IMG/VR virus record: IMGVR_UViG_3300011337_000448
Span: 1-37,927 of that record
Strand: one strand, 5' to 3'
Length of the DNA: 37,927 nt
DNA from: a virus
Lineage: Duplodnaviria; Caudoviricetes
The position numbers and the translations under genes are program-made. Positions 33,368-37,927 of this stretch are shown piece by piece (positions within the stretch are counted from its first letter, which is position 1; every line of letters begins with the position of its first letter). The notes under the pieces are model-generated. The model made no database searches. It had not been told where the DNA came from and saw nothing but the letters and a program-made list of their open reading frames with translations.

Positions 33368-35172
33368 GCGTTGACAGACTCTGCCTCGTTTGTGATAATT
33401 TCGGCTTGTCCGATGATCTTTTCAATACAGGCCGCCAGCACCTGCATGGCTTCGGCGTCGAAAGAGTGGTTCTCTCCCAGCTTTTTGAAGAACGTCTTGT
33501 TTTTGCCGGTCCGCTTGTCCTTCTCGGTGACAAAAACCTCGTTCTGGATCTCCTTGAAGTACCACTTCGGCGCATTGTGCGCTATCTGCCATGATGCACC
33601 CTGACCGGAGCGTAGGCGATGCAGCACAAGCTTGATGTAGTCGCTGCTCCAAACGATGCGGTCGCACAAGTCAGCCTGCCGAGCGTTGCGCACCTTGGAT
33701 CGTGCAAGTCCCACGCCCGAATCGACGTGCTGAATCTGCGAATAAGGACGTTTGACTGACCGACTGCGGCCTGTCCTCTTGTCCATCAGCGTCCACGTGA
33801 AGAATTGCGCCTTGTCCCCCTTGAGCGCAAACCAATCATGGGCCGCACACTGGCGGTAAACCTCCCCTTGATACCGCTCAAAGCCGCAATCGACGAAGAC
33901 GCGCCTGTCGGTGACCTCGAATTTCTTCTGTAGATCACGCAGTTGCGCCCATGTGTGTAACTCACCCGCATAAAACAGTCGAGATTCTCCGTTTTGCGCC
34001 CATAGGCGAATGATGACGCGGAAATAGTCACGCTGAACGTCCACCGTCATGTAACGCCGGTATTCCTGATCCCATGGCTCCTCCATGGCAAATCCACCCG
34101 ACAAATTGACCTCTTCGGACTGGAACTCCCGCATGTCCCAGAACTCACCCAGCCTTTTCCGTACAAACTCCGCGAGCGGCGAGTAATCGCCCAGCTTCCG
34201 TGCGTGTTCGGCCTTGAGGAACTCGCTCGCGATTGTGTCCCACGCCACCCATGGCACGGTCAAAGCGTTCCAGTGGTAAGACTTTACGCGCGGGTCTGGT
34301 GCTGAGTTTTGATTCTCGTAGAACCCGCTGTTTGCAATCTGTCGGCGCACCTGCGGCTCGTCCTTTAGATGCACTTTGCACGATGGGCACTCGTATCTGA
34401 CCGTGTTCTTGATCCGCGCGAGGTCGTATTTGCCGTCGGCCAGCTTAGCCCCTTCACCGTCCCACTTGAGCTGCCCGAGCACCATCGGCCACTTCTCTCC
34501 ACAGGCGGGACAAGCGACGTGCCATTCGCTGCATGACCCAGCGGAAAAGCTCTCGTAGAACTCGCCGTTGTTGTTCATCGGCGTCGATACGTAAATGCGC
34601 TTGGAGTTCCGCGCATCGAACGAGGTTGTCCGCTTGCGTGATTCGTCGATGTGTCCGTGCGTCCAGTAAGCGGCTTCGTCACCGATGACATAGCGCGCCG
34701 CCTTGGACTGGAGGTTGTGGATGTTGCTCGCACCCATCACGTACTGGGTCATGTGGGCGAATGCCACCGTCCTCTTCTGTATGCTCTTGTCCCCTTTATT
34801 GAGCATCGCCCGTACTGGCTTACAGTCTAGAATGCGATGCTTGAACCGCGTATCAAGGAACTCATCGGCGTGCTCATCGGTCTGGAGGTAGAGACACATG
34901 TCACCGCCTTCCTCGGCGATCAGGTAAAGCATTGCACCTTCGGCTAAAGCGGTCTTGGCGCTCTGCACCGAGCACGCGCAGATGATTTCCCTTGTCTCGT
35001 GGTTGCGCAGTTCTTCGAGCGGCGCTTTGATCCATGGCGAGTTTCGCACGTCGAAAGATCCGAGAATCGGACCGCGCTCGAATCTGACGTGCGTTCGCAG
35101 CCACTCATCCACCGGGAGCTTGGGCGTTGGCCTCCAAACCTCCGCCATCAGCGAATAGATAGAGAACGCCAT
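33364..35172 (-). CDS. terL: Terminase large subunit, lambda GpA family
   Basis: SVQSAKT (GpA-type Walker A), VIGDE, YVSTP, CPACG/CPSC Zn motifs, MTVDVQ, FVDCG, LKG, NHSFD. Confidence 0.92.
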   Translation of the reverse strand: MAFSIYSLMAEVWRPTPKLPVDEWLRTHVRFERGPILGSFDVRNSPWIKAPLEELRNHETREIICACSVQSAKTALAEGAMLYLIAEEGGDMCLYLQTDEHADEFLDTRFKHRILDCKPVRAMLNKGDKSIQKRTVAFAHMTQYVMGASNIHNLQSKAARYVIGDEAAYWTHGHIDESRKRTTSFDARNSKRIYVSTPMNNNGEFYESFSAGSCSEWHVACPACGEKWPMVLGQLKWDGEGAKLADGKYDLARIKNTVRYECPSCKVHLKDEPQVRRQIANSGFYENQNSAPDPRVKSYHWNALTVPWVAWDTIASEFLKAEHARKLGDYSPLAEFVRKRLGEFWDMREFQSEEVNLSGGFAMEEPWDQEYRRYMTVDVQRDYFRVIIRLWAQNGESRLFYAGELHTWAQLRDLQKKFEVTDRRVFVDCGFERYQGEVYRQCAAHDWFALKGDKAQFFTWTLMDKRTGRSRSVKRPYSQIQHVDSGVGLARSKVRNARQADLCDRIVWSSDYIKLVLHRLRSGQGASWQIAHNAPKWYFKEIQNEVFVTEKDKRTGKNKTFFKKLGENHSFDAEAMQVLAACIEKIIGQAEIITNEAESVNA

Positions 35173-35876
35173 CAGCTTTTGCGCGGTCTTCCTCGCTTTA
35201 TTGGCTCGGTTGGTGCGATCTCGACTTCCATCATCTCAACGTCCACCTTCTTCGCCTTCAACTGCTCCTCAATCTTGATGTAATCTTCCTGCTCCATTTC
35301 CAGCAGAATTTTGTCGATGCAGGTTAAAAGTCGCTCTTCAGCCTCCGCAGGTGTTACGCCGCTCACCTCATATGCCATCTCTGGAGGGATACGCTTGATC
35401 TTCTCTTTGATCGCATACATCACTGCCCGCACTTGAGCCAGTACCTCGTCCACCGAGACGTATTTCGCCTGTAGAATCTCGATCTGCGTCGCCAGCTTCT
35501 GACATTCCAGATGAATCTTGCGCGCCTTCAGCGTTGCCACATCCTGCACACCCTCGACGTTAATTGTGTCCCCGTCGTTCAGCCGCGTATAATTGCTGCT
35601 GGCTAGAAACTGCTGCCTTGCGGCTTTGATCTTCTCGATGTCGTAGCCATTTGGACCTTTGACGAATGCCTCGGGATACTTCTCTTCCCACCGACGCAGG
35701 GCAGCGGGAGTGATCGCAAAGAAGGCGGCGACATCTTTCTGCGTCTGGTAGCGTGGCTCTGTGTTGCGTTGCTTCAGAAACTCACTTTCCGCATAAGACA
35801 ACGGATGGCCCGCTTTCACCCGCGCGAGCAGGTCTTGCAGCTTCTTCTGTGTGTCCTCGGCGGTGGTTGCATCCAT
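35172..35876 (-). CDS. terS: Terminase small subunit, Nu1-like
   Basis: HTH QTQKDVAAFFAITPAALRRWEE...YDI, coiled coil, YVSVDEV; directly upstream of terL. Confidence 0.8.
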   Translation of the reverse strand: MDATTAEDTQKKLQDLLARVKAGHPLSYAESEFLKQRNTEPRYQTQKDVAAFFAITPAALRRWEEKYPEAFVKGPNGYDIEKIKAARQQFLASSNYTRLNDGDTINVEGVQDVATLKARKIHLECQKLATQIEILQAKYVSVDEVLAQVRAVMYAIKEKIKRIPPEMAYEVSGVTPAEAEERLLTCIDKILLEMEQEDYIKIEEQLKAKKVDVEMMEVEIAPTEPIKRGRPRKS

Positions 35877-35880
35877 GCTC

Positions 35881-36075
35881 TTATGAATTCCGCATTGACG
35901 CACGGCTGCGCTCGATCAATTCCGCAGCATGTGCAGCGCGTCCAGTGCTCTCGCACCATGAAATCCATTCACGCAACAGCACGCCCGTGTCACCGAGCCG
36001 CTCCTGTGAATCAGCGACCGTCTCCCGTGTCACGGCCATGGTCTGCTGTATCCGCTTTGGCGTTTCGCCCAGCAT
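35881..36075 (-). CDS. Hypothetical protein
   Basis: MLGETPKRIQ... 64 aa, fills the gap. Confidence 0.5.
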   Translation of the reverse strand: MLGETPKRIQQTMAVTRETVADSQERLGDTGVLLREWISWCESTGRAAHAAELIERSRASMRNS

Positions 36076-36079
36076 GATT

Positions 36080-36649
36080 TCACTGTCCACCTTCGGCGGG
36101 CACGGTGGTTTCGGGAATCTGTTTCTTGAGGTCATCGTAAATGGAAATAATGAATTGCATGTCTTCGAGGATCTCGGTGATCATCTCCTCATCAAGCGTA
36201 TCCAGCACTGTGCCTTCCCTCCACCACCGCCGAATGCACCCGAGTGATGCCATCAGGTTTTGAAACTTGTAGACATCGGTCTTCCTCGGTGTCGGCTTTG
36301 GCGCTGTTTCGCCACCAATCGCAATTTGAAGCTGCTTGTACTGGCTTGATCCAGATTTCTGAAGAGGCGGCGCTTCCGGCGACATACGCGCCAGTCGCAT
36401 GCAGCGGTAGACCGCATAGTAGTCACCGCCACCGATGTTTTGCGATGCGTACTCCTCCCACTTGTCCTCGCCAACGGCATCCTTGAGTTTGACGCACGCC
36501 TTGCCCACCGCCCACGCGCGACTAAATGCCGTCGCGGAAATACCAGCCGCCATCTCCGCCTCATTCCGCATGATGCCCAGTTCTCTGGCCGCATACTCTT
36601 GAAGCTGATCGGAGTTGAACGAATCAAAATTAGGTAGTGCGAGTTGCAT
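36080..36649 (-). CDS. DUF3102-like hypothetical protein
   Basis: AWAVGKACVKLK..VGEDKWEEY...N......YRCMRLA pattern. Confidence 0.55.
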   Translation of the reverse strand: MQLALPNFDSFNSDQLQEYAARELGIMRNEAEMAAGISATAFSRAWAVGKACVKLKDAVGEDKWEEYASQNIGGGDYYAVYRCMRLARMSPEAPPLQKSGSSQYKQLQIAIGGETAPKPTPRKTDVYKFQNLMASLGCIRRWWREGTVLDTLDEEMITEILEDMQFIISIYDDLKKQIPETTVPAEGGQ

Positions 36650-36650
36650 A

Positions 36651-36854
36651 TTAGGATTCACGTCGGATCTGGTATGGTGGTCCTTGCTCGTTCATTGAGT
36701 ATGTCTCGCCGGGATGCAGTTTCATCCGATGGCGAATCATCCCCTTTAAGGCTGATAGGGTTTTAGTGTTGACTTCGCGCACTTCTCCAACTTGTAGATC
36801 CTTGAAGACCTTCTGAGTTTTGCGCGTTCCTGTTGCTTCGATTGGTGTGAACAT
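36651..36854 (-). CDS. Small basic hypothetical protein
   Basis: MFTPIEATG...FKDLQVGE... 67 aa. Confidence 0.55.
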   Translation of the reverse strand: MFTPIEATGTRKTQKVFKDLQVGEVREVNTKTLSALKGMIRHRMKLHPGETYSMNEQGPPYQIRRES

Positions 36855-36859
36855 GATGA

Positions 36860-37318
36860 TTAGAGTTGTTTTTCCTGTGCGTAGGCCAGCAGCAGCAGAG
36901 CATCCGCAGTTTTGAGCGTGACCTTGAGATGCGGATAGCGCCGCTGCGCTTCGGCCTTGAGTTTGTTTTTCCACTCGGTGGTTCCGCTGGTGTCTCCTTT
37001 GGTGCCGAGTCGGAAATGCTTCTGCCAGTCCTGCGGGCGGACGAGGATGACCGGCATCCGAAGCGATACCGCAATCCCACGGATCAGGCCGCAGTTGAAG
37101 GCAAGAGGGAAGATCGCGCTACCCGGTAGCGCCTTGCCAACAAACTTGGGAACGTCCTCGATGACACATTTGACGCCGGGCCGCATACTGTAGAGCAGTC
37201 CGATCTCCTCCGCTGTCTCAGTGTCGCTCGCCGGCATTCCCATACAGGATGCAAGTGCCGCGCCGTCCCATGCGATGCCGCCGTTCACGCCGGGGTCGAT
37301 TGTGATGTAGGTGGTCAT
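36860..37318 (-). CDS. RuvC-like Holliday junction resolvase
   Basis: ITIDPGVNGGIA, CVIE, VRPQDWQK, ADALLL. Confidence 0.85.
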   Translation of the reverse strand: MTTYITIDPGVNGGIAWDGAALASCMGMPASDTETAEEIGLLYSMRPGVKCVIEDVPKFVGKALPGSAIFPLAFNCGLIRGIAVSLRMPVILVRPQDWQKHFRLGTKGDTSGTTEWKNKLKAEAQRRYPHLKVTLKTADALLLLAYAQEKQL

Positions 37319-37770
37319 GATCTTGGTGCGTCTTGTTCGATATATCCCCATTTCGCGACGTGGACTGACTCGTACACATGGCGCTGCTGAACGGGTCTCA
37401 TGCCGTTTTGTGGAGGAAGGTGAAAATCCTGAAGAAGCTTATCCACGCGCTTGCTGAACGCCTGCTTGCTGAGGCGATGCCGCTTGGCGATCTGCTCCAT
37501 GGACTCCTCCGCCCGCCCGATCAGACCGTAGCAATAGAGCACCACGTCCAGTTCCAGTAGTGGACTGGCTGAATCCGAGATGTGAGCCAGCACCGCCGAA
37601 AGCCCTCGGTCGTAGGATGGATGATCGAGTCCGGCGCGCTTGTCGATCTCAAGGTGCAGTCGGACAAACTCCTGTTTAACAATGTCGAGCGCCTGCTGTC
37701 GGCTGAGATCAGCGACCGCACGCCAGCGCAGAGCCACCCGTTCGGCGAGGATGTCCTCGGGTGCCTCCAC
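37315..37770 (-). CDS. HTH protein resembling sigma region 4
   Basis: EESMEQIAKRHRLSKQAFSKRV helix-turn-helix; start uncertain (GTG). Confidence 0.6.
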   Translation of the reverse strand: MEAPEDILAERVALRWRAVADLSRQQALDIVKQEFVRLHLEIDKRAGLDHPSYDRGLSAVLAHISDSASPLLELDVVLYCYGLIGRAEESMEQIAKRHRLSKQAFSKRVDKLLQDFHLPPQNGMRPVQQRHVYESVHVAKWGYIEQDAPRS

Positions 37771-37836
37771 GTATTCGGGAGCCGCGACTTGAAAAACTGG
37801 ATGGTCGGTGTCGATGAACCAACATTATTCTTCAAC

Positions 37837-37910
37837 AAAATAATGCAAGTTTATTGCATTAAAATAATCAAAATACTAATGCAAATAATTTGCAACAGTG
37901 CAAATAATGC
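37837..37910. repeat. AT-rich cluster of TAATGC(AA)/TGCAAATAAT repeats
   Basis: TAATGCAA at 37841 and 37877, inverted TTGCATTA at 37854, TGCAAATAAT at 37880 and 37899. Confidence 0.65.
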
Positions 37911-37911
37911 G

Positions 37912-37927
37912 CGCGAGGCGGAAACCT
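37912..37927. repeat. 16-bp terminal direct repeat (right copy)
   Basis: Identical to positions 1-16. Confidence 0.9.

Noticed and set aside
1974-37560. Numerous long plus-strand ORFs (e.g. 32185-33060, 17388-18077, 9538-10182)
   Set aside because: Antisense shadows of well-supported minus-strand genes, with no recognisable motifs.

Overview
The window looks like an essentially complete ~37.9 kb tailed dsDNA phage genome (siphovirus-like), with a 16-bp direct repeat at the two ends. Almost all genes are on the minus strand. Packaging and head genes (~37.8-29 kb) are an HTH protein, RuvC-like resolvase, lambda-type small and large terminase, lambda-family portal, protease/scaffold, major capsid and a cement-like protein. 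Next come neck and tail genes, including a GGGAAG-type -1 frameshifted tail assembly chaperone (GGGAAAG), the tape measure and three tandem glycine-rich paralogues. A lysis cassette with an M15 peptidase endolysin and the tail fibres follow, ending at a terminator near 13.0 kb. The early/replication arm (13-1.2 kb) carries a ribbon-helix-helix regulator, a Mom-like DNA modification enzyme, thymidylate synthase, an SSB-like protein, a 3'-5' exonuclease, a PIF1 helicase and a P4/D5-type primase-helicase, followed by an origin-like inverted repeat. I recognised no integrase, DNA polymerase, reverse transcriptase or CRISPR array. The most unusual signals read directly from the sequence are: (1) an exact TTGACA-N14-ATG motif in front of five structural genes; (2) a 63-nt tRNA-like cloverleaf in the gap before the lysis genes; (3) a ~203-aa HNH/NUMOD1 endonuclease fused in frame inside ThyA with no intein motifs; (4) a 20-unit (GCCNN) pentamer array. 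All protein assignments come from motif recognition by eye, not from database searches.
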